Shown here: positions 20,423 to 29,027 of the stretch, one piece after another
How positions within the stretch are numbered: the first letter of the stretch is position 1
Layout: each line of letters begins with the position of its first letter
Source of the DNA: an uncultured Actinomycetes bacterium
GTDB lineage: Bacteria > Actinomycetota > Actinomycetes > Streptosporangiales > Streptosporangiaceae
Assembly (NCBI GenBank): GCA_963705835.1
Contig: CAVPLC010000069.1
Span: 69,449 to 133,448 of the forward strand
Direction of reading: 5' to 3'
Length of the DNA stretch: 64,000 nucleotides
Notes under the pieces: model-generated
Told to the model about the DNA's origin: nothing
Seen by the model: only the letters and a program-made list of their open reading frames with translations
Database searches by the model: none
Translations under genes and position numbers: made by a program

Positions 20423-20485
20423 GGGACCGGGACGGGATGGGGCGGGACCGGGACGGGATGGGGCGGGACCGGGACGGGATGGGGC
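20423..20485. repeat. 3 x 21-bp perfect tandem repeat GGGACCGGGACGGGATGGGGC
   Basis: Counted directly. Degenerate G-run flanks extend from 20385 to 20490. Lies in the divergent intergenic region of the hpa genes. Confidence 0.9.
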
Positions 20486-20512
20486 GGGTACCCGCACGCT
20501 ATTCTCGGCGCT

Positions 20513-21346
20513 ATGCGATTTGCCACCATCCGGACTGAGTACGGGACCACAGCGGCGAGGTTGGAGGGGGACGTCCTCGTGACGCTGGATGCCGCCGACG
20601 TGGGCGAGATGCTCGCGGCCGGCAGCGAGGGACCGGGACGGATGTGGGAGGAGGCGGTGGTGGTACCGGTCGCGGAGGCGGACTTCGCGCCGGTGGTGCC
20701 GCGGCCGGGCAAGGTGATCTGCGTGGGGCTGAACTACCGGGCGCACATCGCCGAGACGGGCCGGGAGCTGCCCGCCTACCCGACGCTGTTCGCCAAATTC
20801 GCCGACACCCTGCTCGGGCCGCGCGACGACCTGGTGATTCCGGCGGTGAGCGAGCGGGTCGACTGGGAGGTCGAGCTCGGGGTGGTCATCGGCCGGCCCA
20901 TCTACCGGGCCACGCCGGAAGAGGCCGCGGCGGCCATCGCCGGGTACACGGTGGTCAACGACGTGTCGATGCGGGACTGGCAGCGGCGGACGCTGCAGTG
21001 GCTGGCGGGCAAGATGTTCGAGCGCTCCACGCCGGCCGGGCCCTACCTGGTCACCCCGGACGAGGTGGATGACGCGGCCGACCTCGAGGTCCGCTGCGAG
21101 GTGGACGGCGCGGTGATGCAGCAGTCGCGGACCTCGGACCTGCTGTTCAGCCCGGCCGATATCGCGGCGTACGCGAGCCAGGCGATCACCCTGCGGCCCG
21201 GTGACCTCATCGCCACCGGCACGCCCGGCGGCGTGGGCGACGCCCGCAAGCCGCCGGTCTACCTGCGGCCTGGCAACGTGCTGCGGACCTGGATCGAGGG
21301 CGTCGGCGAGTGCGTGAACCAGTGCGTCGCGGACAAGACCGGCTAA
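20513..21346 (+). CDS. fumarylacetoacetate hydrolase family protein (HpaG/HpaH-like isomerase, decarboxylase or hydratase)
   Basis: Has KVICVGLNYRAH, DWEVELGVVIG, NDVSMRDWQ and GDLIATGTPGGVG. Confidence 0.8.
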   Translation: MRFATIRTEYGTTAARLEGDVLVTLDAADVGEMLAAGSEGPGRMWEEAVVVPVAEADFAPVVPRPGKVICVGLNYRAHIAETGRELPAYPTLFAKFADTLLGPRDDLVIPAVSERVDWEVELGVVIGRPIYRATPEEAAAAIAGYTVVNDVSMRDWQRRTLQWLAGKMFERSTPAGPYLVTPDEVDDAADLEVRCEVDGAVMQQSRTSDLLFSPADIAAYASQAITLRPGDLIATGTPGGVGDARKPPVYLRPGNVLRTWIEGVGECVNQCVADKTG

Positions 21347-21347
21347 C

Positions 21348-21983
21348 GTGACCCATCCCGCCGTGAACAAGCAGGAGCGGACCTACGAGATCCTGCGGGA
21401 CCGCATCCATACCGGGGTCTACGCCCCGATGGCCCGGCTGAACATCGACGCGCTGGCCAGGGAGTTCGGCGTCAGCGCGATCCCGGTGCGCGAGGCGCTG
21501 CGCCGCCTGGAGGCCCAAGGCTGGGTCCGGTTCAGGCCCAACGCGGGCGCCATCGTGTCACCGGTCGACGCGACCTCGTGGGAGCAGGCCATGGTGGCCA
21601 TGGCCGTCCTGGAGGGCGCGGCGACCGCCGAGGCGCAGCGGCACCTGCGCGCCGCCGACTTCACCCGGCTGCGGACGCTGGCCGCGGACATGGAGAGCGA
21701 GACCGACCCGATGCGGTTCGGCATGGCGAACCGGCGGCTGCACACCGCGATCGTGACCAAGTGCGGCAACGCCTGCCTGCTTGAACTGCTGCAGCAGACC
21801 CACGACCGCCTGGACCGGGTCCGCGCCACTATGTTCGCCTACCTCCCCCACCGCGCCGCCGAGTCGGTCAAGGAACACCAGCGCCTGCTGGAGTTGCTCG
21901 AGGGCGGCGACGCCGACGAGGTGGAGCGGTACGCCCGCTGGCACAAGCTGCAGACCGTCGAGGCCTACCGGGCCATCCGCTAG
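21348..21983 (+). CDS. GntR-family transcriptional regulator with FCD-type C-terminal domain
   Basis: Winged-helix region LNIDALAREFGVSAIPVREALRRLEAQGWV followed by a helical ligand domain. The GTG start lies 1 nt after the upstream stop. Confidence 0.8.
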   Translation: MTHPAVNKQERTYEILRDRIHTGVYAPMARLNIDALAREFGVSAIPVREALRRLEAQGWVRFRPNAGAIVSPVDATSWEQAMVAMAVLEGAATAEAQRHLRAADFTRLRTLAADMESETDPMRFGMANRRLHTAIVTKCGNACLLELLQQTHDRLDRVRATMFAYLPHRAAESVKEHQRLLELLEGGDADEVERYARWHKLQTVEAYRAIR

Positions 21984-22009
21984 CGGGGCACGGGGTCGGC
22001 CGAGGGGCT

Positions 22010-22038
22010 GTACCACGGACCGTTCGGATAAAAATGTC
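22010..22038 (-). repeat. dispersed repeat DR-A, copy 2
   Basis: Reverse complement GACATTTTTATCCGAACGGTCCGTGGTAC. Lies between the convergent GntR and DinB gene ends. Confidence 0.7.
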
Positions 22039-22595
22039 TCCCGGGACTGGCCGGTCACGATTTCCACGACGATGTCCAGGTGACCCAGGTGCCTGGCGTA
22101 CTCCTGGAGCAGGTGGAACAGGACCCGTTCCAGGGTGGCCGGCGGGGCGCCGTCCCAGCGGGGCCCGGGCTGGCCCGCCTCGGCCAGGTCGTGGGACTCC
22201 ACGATGGCCCGGGTCCGGCCGGCCTGGTCGCGCAGGCCGGCCAGCAGGCTGGCCAGGGTCTCGTCGGGACCGGCACGCCACCGGCCGTCGTCCCTGTCGC
22301 CCCATGGGTCGCCGACGTCGCGGCCCTCGAAACCCCACTCCAGCCAGCGCAGCTCGACGTAGCGCAGGTGCTTGGCCAGCTCGAGCGGCGTCCAGCCGGA
22401 GGGCAGGCGGCTGCGGCGGAGTTCGGCGGCGGGCAGCGCCTCGAGCCTGGCGGCCAGCTCGTACCGGAAGTAGTCCAGGTAGCGCAGGAAGACCTCGGCG
22501 CGCGAAGGGGCCGGGGTGGTCGGCTCGGGAAACGGCTCGGGCCCGGGAAACTCGTCGATGCGGCCTATTATCCCGTGATGGGCACGTCGTGCCAC
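22026..22595 (-). CDS. DinB/DUF664-family (mycothiol-transferase-like) protein
   Basis: Has WTPLELAKHL ... LFHLLQEYARHLGHLDIVVEIVTG. Homology-like sequence ends near 22030, but the ORF has no stop until 21558 and runs antisense through the GntR gene. The end coordinate is an estimate. Confidence 0.6.
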
Positions 22596-23437
22596 AGGCC
22601 GCCGTTAAGGTTCAGGTTGTTGCCGCTGGTCTGGCCGGGAGCGCTGTCGCTGATGTAGGTGTACAGCGGGTGCCCGTCGTAGGTGGCCTGGATGGTGCCG
22701 TCGGTCCGGGTGATCGTGCCGAGGTGGCCGGTGACGCCGGACCCGGCCGACGGGGTACCGGTGACCGGCGGCCAGTAGACGGCGCAGCTTCCGTAGCAGG
22801 CGGACTTGGACGAGGTGTCCGGGGCGAACCAGTACAGCGTGAGGCCCTTGGCGTTGGTGAGCAGGTTCACGCCGCCGACGTTGCGGGCCTGCAGGACGTC
22901 GGCACCGGTCGCGACGGGCTGCGTCTTCGGGGTGGCCTCGGCCACGCCGAGCAGCGCGAACGCCACCACGGAGGCGGCCGCCACGGCGGGAACGACCCGG
23001 CGGCCGAGGTTCAGGGACTCGGGCAGGGCGGGGGCCGCGGCGAGGGCCAGCGTGGCGAACGCGGCCACGTCGATGATCCCGGCCCAGATTCCGGCGGTGG
23101 TGCGGACCTCGGTGAAGCCGAACAGGCCGAACCAGATCGACAGCAGGTAGCCGCCCAGCACGCTCACGGCGAACCCGGCCCCGGCCGCGGCGGCCACCCA
23201 GCTCCCGGTGACCAGGATCGCCAGGGCCAGCGCGAACGCGGCGATCACCTGCAGCAGGAACAGCCAGCCGATGGTCGGTATGGTCCGGTAACCCGTCAGG
23301 TACAGGTCAAGGTGAATGGCTCCGTCGGCGACAAGTAGTGCCGCCCCGGCGATCCCGAACCAGGACCGCCGGGGCAGTGACGCCCCCCTCGTGCTCCCCA
23401 TACCTCTGTTCACGTGCGCACCAGACCGCCGGTTCAA
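22568..23437 (-). CDS. membrane protein with C-terminal secreted Yx(FWY)xxD-repeat (COG4315-like) domain
   Basis: Four N-terminal TM segments, then LYWFAPDTSSKSACYGSCAVYWPP ... DGTIQATYDGHPLYTYISD. Confidence 0.65.
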   Translation of the reverse strand: MNRRSGAHVNRGMGSTRGASLPRRSWFGIAGAALLVADGAIHLDLYLTGYRTIPTIGWLFLLQVIAAFALALAILVTGSWVAAAAGAGFAVSVLGGYLLSIWFGLFGFTEVRTTAGIWAGIIDVAAFATLALAAAPALPESLNLGRRVVPAVAAASVVAFALLGVAEATPKTQPVATGADVLQARNVGGVNLLTNAKGLTLYWFAPDTSSKSACYGSCAVYWPPVTGTPSAGSGVTGHLGTITRTDGTIQATYDGHPLYTYISDSAPGQTSGNNLNLNGGLWHDVPITG

Positions 23438-23479
23438 CGGCTACGTAACGGAATGGTGGCTATCGTACGCCGGGCGGGG

Positions 23480-23957
23480 TCAGTCGCTGGCGTAGGCCTT
23501 CTCCAGCGCGGCGAGGTCGAACTTGGTCATGGTGTACATGGCGCGCATGACCCTGGTCACCGCGTCCTGGTCCGGGTCGCGCACCATGTCGAAGAACGCC
23601 GTCGGGACGATCTGCCAGCACAGCCCGTACTTGTCGCGCAGCCAGCCGCAGGCGATCTGCTGGCCGCCGTCGGTCAGGCGGTCCCAGTAGTAGTCCACCT
23701 CGGCCTGGTCCTGGCACTGGACCACGACCGAGATGGCCTCGTTGAACGTGAACGCCGGGCCGCCGTTCAGGGCGGAGAACTTCTGGCCGTTGAGCTCGAA
23801 CTCCACCAGCTGCACCGAGCGCCGGCCCGGGCCCGGCCTCGGTGTGCCGGAGGATGGAGCCCAGCTTGGAGCCGGGGAAGATGCCGGTGTAGAAGGTGGC
23901 GGCGGCTTCGGCCTCGGTGTCGAACCACAGGCAGGTGACGAACGGCTGGTCGGTCAT
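23480..23957 (-). CDS. VOC / PhnB-like (3-demethylubiquinone methyltransferase-like domain) protein
   Basis: MTDQPFVTCLWFDTEAEAAATFYTGIFPGSKLG in one frame. VQLVEFELNGQKFSALNGGPAFTFNEAIS ... CGWLRDKYGLCWQIVP in the next. They join in the GGCCCGGGCCGG run at about 23822-23835. Length is 1 mod 3. Confidence 0.7.
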
Positions 23958-24018
23958 GTTCTCCTCCGTTTTTCGTGTCCTGCCATATCTAACGGTCCCG
24001 GCGCCTCGACGTCATCGG

Positions 24019-24420
24019 TTACGAGGCGGCTCGATCGGCGGGCTCGAAGGGGCACGTCAGGGCGCGGACCGACGCGGGAACCGGGATGCCGGCCCGCAGG
24101 TCCGGCGCGGGTTCGGGGTGGCCGGCCCGGGCGTGCAGGGGAACCACGCCGGCCCAGGCGCTGCCCTCGATGTCCTCGGGCGGGTCGGTGGGCCAGCCGC
24201 CGGAGATCTTCAGCGACCAGTCCCTGATCGGCATGCTGAGCACCATGGTGGCGGCCAGTTCGCGCTTGCGGGTGCCGCGGATCTCGGCGAGCCGGCCCGG
24301 GATGAAGCGCTCGGTGATCACGTCGAGCGCGCGTTCGGAATCGGGCCCGGTCAGCCGCGTGAACGTGCCGAACAGCACGGCGCTGCGGCCCGTCGGGACG
24401 AGCGGGATGGACGTGTTCAT
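24019..24420 (-). pseudogene. pyridoxamine 5'-phosphate oxidase-family (flavin-binding) protein, C-terminal half only
   Basis: RSAVLFGTF ... FIPGRLAEIRGTRKRELAATMVLSMPIRDWSLKISGGWPTDPPEDIEGSAWAGVVPL matches the distal half of the family. The roughly 100-aa N-terminal barrel half is absent, and an in-frame stop lies upstream. Confidence 0.45.
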
Positions 24421-24493
24421 CGAATCTGATTTGGAGCCGATCGCGGGCGTGGGCCTGGAGCAGTTTGCCGCGGCCGTCTGCGGGCGGCCGGGC

Positions 24494-25530
24494 TAAGTAG
24501 CCCAGGTCCGGGTCGACCTGGCCGACGAGTTCCCGGCCTGCCTTGAGGCGCCGGACGTTCTCGGCGATCCGGTCGGCCAGCAGCGGCCGGGTCATCTCCT
24601 CGGTATCGGCGGTGTGCGGTGTGATCAGGCAGTTCGGCAGGTAGAAGAGGGGGTGGCCCGAGGGCAGCGGTTCCGGATCCGTGACGTCCAGCGCCGCGCC
24701 GCCGATCTGGCCGGCGCGCAGGGCGTCCGTCAGGGCTCCGGTATCGACCAGGCCGCCACGGGCCACATTGACCAGCCAGCTGCCTGATCCCATCGCGGCC
24801 AGTTCGGCCCGGCCGATCAGGCCGCGGGTCTGCGGCGTGAGGGCCAGGGTGAGCACGACGGCCAGCGCGCCGGGCAGGGCCTCGGCCAGCCGGTCCGAGC
24901 CGATCGTCTCGGCGGCGCCGGGTACCGGCTCGGGCCGGCGGCGGACGACCGTCACCCGGGCGCGGAACGGCTCGAGCAGGCGCAGCAGCACCGTGGCGAT
25001 GCCGCCGCCGCCCACCACGGTGACCGGCTGATCGAACAGGCTCACGCCGCCCGGCTCGCCCCAGGACCGGGCCTCGGCACGGATCTTCAGCTGGCGGAGG
25101 CCCGCGAGCAGCAGTAGCAGGGCGTGCTCGGCGACCGGCTCGGCGAACGCGCCCTTGGCCGACGTCCAGCGCCGCTCGTGGTCGATGACGCCGCCCTCGA
25201 CCGCCCGCTCTATGCCGGCCTGCGGCAGCTGCACCCAGGAGATCCCTGGCTGGCTGGCCAGGGTGGCGCGCAGGCTGTCCATGGCCGACCCGTCCGTCCA
25301 GACCAGGCCCGTGGGCTCCTGGTCCAGGGTGACCGGCTCGCCGCCGCCGCGGCGGATGGCCTCGGCGGCCCAGCCGGCCGGCGCAGGTCCGACGGCGATG
25401 CGGGGCGCGGTGCCGCCGTCCGAGCCGTCCGTGTCGGCGAACATCGCCACCACCCCTTCGACGCGGTCCAGGGCGAGCGCGGCCTCCTGGCCGCCGCGCG
25501 CGACAATAACCGTAACGCGCGGTCGAGGTC
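24494..25530 (-). CDS. D-isomer-specific 2-hydroxyacid dehydrogenase family protein
   Basis: NAD-binding VTVVGGGGIATV, then WLVNVARGGLVD, ALDVTDPEP and ITPHTA. The expected C-terminus ...VDPDLGY is followed by TTA rather than a stop, and the ORF stays open to 23954. The start is uncertain. Confidence 0.7.
25490..25522. repeat. 33-nt direct repeat, copy A (31/33 identical to 26068-26100)
   Basis: GCCGCCGCGCGCGACAATAACCGTAACGCGCGG. Encodes RVTVIVARGG, the start of the dehydrogenase. Confidence 0.85.
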
Positions 25531-25539
25531 CACTCGGTC

Positions 25540-25983
25540 GTGGCGCGGCGGGGACGAGGAAATCACCAGGAACTCGAGCGCTTCCGGCGACTGGTTGCAC
25601 AGCTGGTGGGGTGCGGCCGCGGGAATGTGCACGGCATCGCCGGGCCGGAGGATCTCGTCGTGATCATCGAACCGGACCGTGCCGACGCCGTGCAGGATGT
25701 AGTAAAGCTGCTCCACGGAGCCGTGCAGATGACGCCGTTCGGCGCTGCCTAAGTTTCTATGTATAGAGGAGCGGTCTGCCTCAGCCCGCTGACGCCCAGC
25801 ATCAACACACGTCACAATTGCGTGGAGGATCCGGGCTCCGTGGTGGTTTTGGTGGACTATAGACCCCCTGCCGGCTGCTCCACGAAGCCTGAATCCACCA
25901 CGGAAAGTTGCGCAGAACGCACCACGCCGCGCGATACGCACCAGGCTCGAGCCAGCCACGGTACCGACGCGGGGCCGGGGCAT
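25540..25983 (-). CDS. cupin-fold ORF, possibly a fragment
   Basis: Has HLHGSVEQLYYILHGVGTVRFDDHDEILRPGDAVHIPAAAPHQLCN and ALEFLVI. The N-terminal part is implausible and has lower GC. The ORF has no stop of its own before running out of frame into the dehydrogenase gene. Confidence 0.35.
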
Positions 25984-26067
25984 GGTCAGGGCGCTTGAAG
26001 GCGCGGCCTTCTGGCTGGGGCCGCCCAGCCCGAACAGCGCGTCCGCGTCCAGGTTGACGGTGCACTC

Positions 26068-26100
26068 GCCGCCGCACGCGACAATAACCGTACCGCGCGG
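26068..26100. repeat. 33-nt direct repeat, copy B
   Basis: GCCGCCGCACGCGACAATAACCGTACCGCGCGG. Weaker similarity continues for about 25 nt more. Confidence 0.85.
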
Positions 26101-26199
26101 CCACGGGGCGCCGTTCCGCTCCGATTCCCCGGGAGACCGCTTAGCTGCGGCGGCGGATGTGGTAGGTCGCCTGCTCCTGGTTCTGGGCACAGAGCGTGA

Positions 26200-26220
26200 G
26201 GAACCCGGGTCCGTTCGGGC
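26200..26220 (-). repeat. dispersed repeat DR-A, core-only copy 3b
   Basis: Reverse complement GCCCGAACGGACCCGGGTTCC. Lies 22 nt from copy 3. Confidence 0.6.
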
Positions 26221-26238
26221 CTGGGAGGCACGCAGGGG

Positions 26239-27126
26239 CTAGCGGGACGAACCCAGATCCGTTCGGTCAAAAAATGAATTTATGGTTTTACTGAATTCGC
26301 CGGGCTGCTCGGCGAAGCAAAGGTGAGACGCATCCTCGATGGTCTTTAGCTGCGACCCGGCGATGCGCTTGTGCATATCCTCCAGGTGGCCCGGGGTGCA
26401 TTCGTCGTAACGGCCGCCGATCAGCAGGGTGGGAACCTTGATCTCGGCCAGGCGGTCCATGATGTCCCAGGTCTTGAGCGTGCCGGTCACGGTGAACTCG
26501 CTCGGGCCGTTCATCGTGTTGTAGACCACGTAGCCGGCCTCGGCGAAGGAGCGCTCGAAGCCGGCCGGCCACGGATTCATGCGGCAGACGTGCTTGCGGT
26601 AGAAGCCGAGGATGGCGGCCTGGTACTCGGGGCAGGCGGTGGTCCCGGCGGCCTCGTGCTCGCGGATCACCTGCCTGGTCTCGGGCGGCTCTTCTTGCAG
26701 CAGCTGCTCGCAGTCGGCGACCCAGCGGATCATGCTGGCCGGGCTGCCGCACAGGGTCAGGCTCTCCAGGTCCGGCTGGCGGTCCAGCACGTACTGCATG
26801 GCCAGCATGCCGCCCCAGGAGCTGCCGAACAGGTGCAGGCGCTCCAGGCCGAACGCCGCCCGCACCTGGGCGACCTCTTCCACGAAGCGCTCCACGGTCC
26901 ACAGGCTGACGTCATCGGGACGGTCGGACTTCCCGCAGCCCAGCTGGTCGTAGAAGATGACCCGGCGCCGGTCGGCCAGCGCTTCAAGCGGTTCCAGGTA
27001 GTTGTGGGTGAAGCCGGGGCCGCCGTGCAGGCACAGCAGCGGCACCCGGCCGTCGGCCGACTCGCCGACGGCGCGGAACCAGACCCGGCCGCCCGGGACC
27101 TCGATGTAGCCCTCTTCCTCGGTCAT
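26239..27126 (-). CDS. proline iminopeptidase-family alpha/beta hydrolase
   Basis: Has LHGGPGFTH, the nucleophile elbow LFGSSWGGMLA, and DASHLCFAEQP. GGGAGA SD lies 6 nt upstream of the ATG. Confidence 0.85.
   Translation of the reverse strand: MTEEEGYIEVPGGRVWFRAVGESADGRVPLLCLHGGPGFTHNYLEPLEALADRRRVIFYDQLGCGKSDRPDDVSLWTVERFVEEVAQVRAAFGLERLHLFGSSWGGMLAMQYVLDRQPDLESLTLCGSPASMIRWVADCEQLLQEEPPETRQVIREHEAAGTTACPEYQAAILGFYRKHVCRMNPWPAGFERSFAEAGYVVYNTMNGPSEFTVTGTLKTWDIMDRLAEIKVPTLLIGGRYDECTPGHLEDMHKRIAGSQLKTIEDASHLCFAEQPGEFSKTINSFFDRTDLGSSR
26242..26277 (-). repeat. dispersed repeat DR-A, copy 3
   Basis: Reverse complement TCATTTTTTGACCGAACGGATCTGGGTTCGTCCCGC. Encodes the last 12 codons of the iminopeptidase ORF (its stop, 26239-26241, follows immediately). 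Confidence 0.75.
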
Positions 27127-28633
27127 GAGGTCTCCCGCTCGCCACCGGCTCGGCGGCGGGCATGGCCTTGTCGTCGAAGACCTGCTTCATCTCCGGCAGC
27201 CGGGCCGGATGCCTGGCGTACAGGTAGGCCAGCACGACGATGCCGATCACGAACCAGATACCGATGGCCAGGCCTGCCTCGCTAGAGGGGTAGGTGAGCG
27301 GGGTGACGAACTTCAGGAACGAGTGCCCGATCCCGAGCGCGGTGAGGAACGCCGGGATGAACGCGACGATGCCGACGACGGGGATCACCAGGTGCAGCAG
27401 CCAGTTGAACTCCGAGCGCTGCCGCCGCAGGTAGAACATGATGCAGGACAGGTTGAACACCATGTAGATGGCGATCATCACCCCGGTCAAGATGGTGGCC
27501 AGGAACACGAAGGCCGTGGTGGGGCCGAAGTGCAGCGCGATGGGCAGGCCGACGGCCAGCGTGACCACCAGCTGGACGAATACGCCGACGTACGGGGACC
27601 GCCACCTGGGATGGAGCCTGGCCAGCGGGGAAGGCAGCAGCCCGATCCTGGCCATGGCGAACCAGGTGCGGGTGGTGGCCAGCGTGCCGGCGTTGCCGTT
27701 GGCGAAGGTGGAGTTCAAGATGGCGAAGAAGGCCACCACCCAGCCGATTCCCCACACGTCGCGGGCCAGCTGGATCCACGGGCTGCCGCCGCCCAGGGCG
27801 CCGAAGTTCACGTACCTGCTGGGACCGTAGTACACGTCGCCCGCATAGGTGGTGAAGACGTAGAACAGCCCGATGACCAGGCACGACATCACCACTGCGA
27901 TCCCTATGGTCCGGCGCGGGTTGCGCGCCTCCTCGGCCAGCGGGGCGGAGGCCTCGAAGCCGATGAAGGCGAGGATCGTGTAGATGGAGCCGGCGGCGAT
28001 GCCGCTGAAGCCCTTGTAACTCGTGATCGTCGCGTAGTGCAGGGTGAAGACGCTGCCGGTGTTGGCCGAGCCGGCCTTGGCCACCAGCCAGATGGCCAGG
28101 GCGACGAACACCACGATCTCGAACGTGCCAAGGATCGTGCCGGCCCTGGCGCTGACTTTGATACCGCGGTAGTTCAGGGCGGCGATGAGCACCGAGGCGA
28201 CGATCATGAAGATGACCCAGGTGGTGGTGAACGGCCAGCCGAACTCGCTGTTGGTGATCGAGCCGATCAGGTATCCGCACAAGATCATGGTGATCGGCCC
28301 GATCAGCGCCTCGACGAGCGCGTACCCCCAGCCGACCAGGAACCCGAGCGCGGGGTGGATCGCCTCGGCGGGGTAGGTGTAGATGCTTCCGGCGCTGGGC
28401 AGGTGCTTGGCCAGCTGGCCGATCGAACTCGCGACCAGGAGGCACGCGACCAGGGCCAGCAGCACGGCCAGCGGCAGCGCGCCGCCCGCGTAGGTGGCGC
28501 CGGCCGCGATCGACAGCGCGACCGCGCCCGCCGGGGCCATGGAGGTGACCGACTGGAAGAGGACCTCGCGCAGCCCGATGGCTCCGCGGGCCAGGGTCCT
28601 GGGGTTGGTGGGGTTGGTGCCGGTGTTGGCCAT
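27123..28633 (-). CDS. APC-superfamily amino-acid/polyamine permease
   Basis: About 12 TM segments. Has FQSVTSMAPAG and FIGFEASAPLAEEARNPRR. The ATG at 28633 is preceded by GGGAGAG. The in-frame ORF continues to 26984, overlapping the next gene. An ATGA stop/start overlap exists in another frame, so the 3' end is an estimate. Confidence 0.8.
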
Positions 28634-28720
28634 GACGCTCTCCCTTCGCTCACTACCTAAGGTAATAAAACTGACCATAAAGATCTAGAAGGGACTGACG
28701 TGCCTGAAGTTGCGCGGCGG

Positions 28721-28780
28721 TCCGGGGGTTCGCGGTCGCGGGGGGTTCGCGGTCCCCGCGGGGTTCGCGGTCCGGGGGCC
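28721..28780. repeat. three spaced copies of GGGGTTCGCGGTC (period 17-18 nt)
   Basis: Read directly at 28724, 28741 and 28760. Resembles the right arm and flank of DR-A (GGTCCATGGTTCCCGCGGTCC at 51.4 kb). Confidence 0.7.
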
Positions 28781-28860
28781 GGTTGCTCGGGGAGCTTGAG
28801 AGCCTGAACAGCTGGCCTCACCACTCCCACCGGCCCCTCAGGTACCTGGACGCAGTCAGT

Positions 28861-28904
28861 GAGAGTGACTCTCTGCCCGATAGATCGGGCAGAGAGTCAC
28901 TTTC
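28861..28904. promoter_or_regulatory. 44-nt inverted repeat with a perfect 18-bp core
   Basis: AGTGACTCTCTGCCCGAT-AG-ATCGGGCAGAGAGTCACT at 28864-28901, extendable by three more pairs. Lies in the divergent region between the permease and pspA. Confidence 0.6.
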
Positions 28905-29027
28905 ATTGGTTTGAAATCAAGGGCCTGGCCGCGGCGCTGGGTGGGGTCGGCGGTCGGGGACGGGGCGGGGCGGCTAGATTTGCCGCATAACAGCGGGCCG
29001 TCACCGTTGACTAAGGAGCAGATCGAC

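Noticed and set aside
20423-20485. Tandem repeats here and at 28721, 36655, 39994 and 58491 as possible CRISPR arrays
   Set aside because: The units are 12-21 nt, directly abutting or with spacers of 5 nt or less. There are no unique spacers of 25-40 nt and no cas genes in the window.
24494-24496. TTA codons at gene ends as bldA-type translational regulation
   Set aside because: They occur exactly where a stop codon is expected, with a stop one base out of frame. This fits single-base insertion errors better than regulated rare-codon use.
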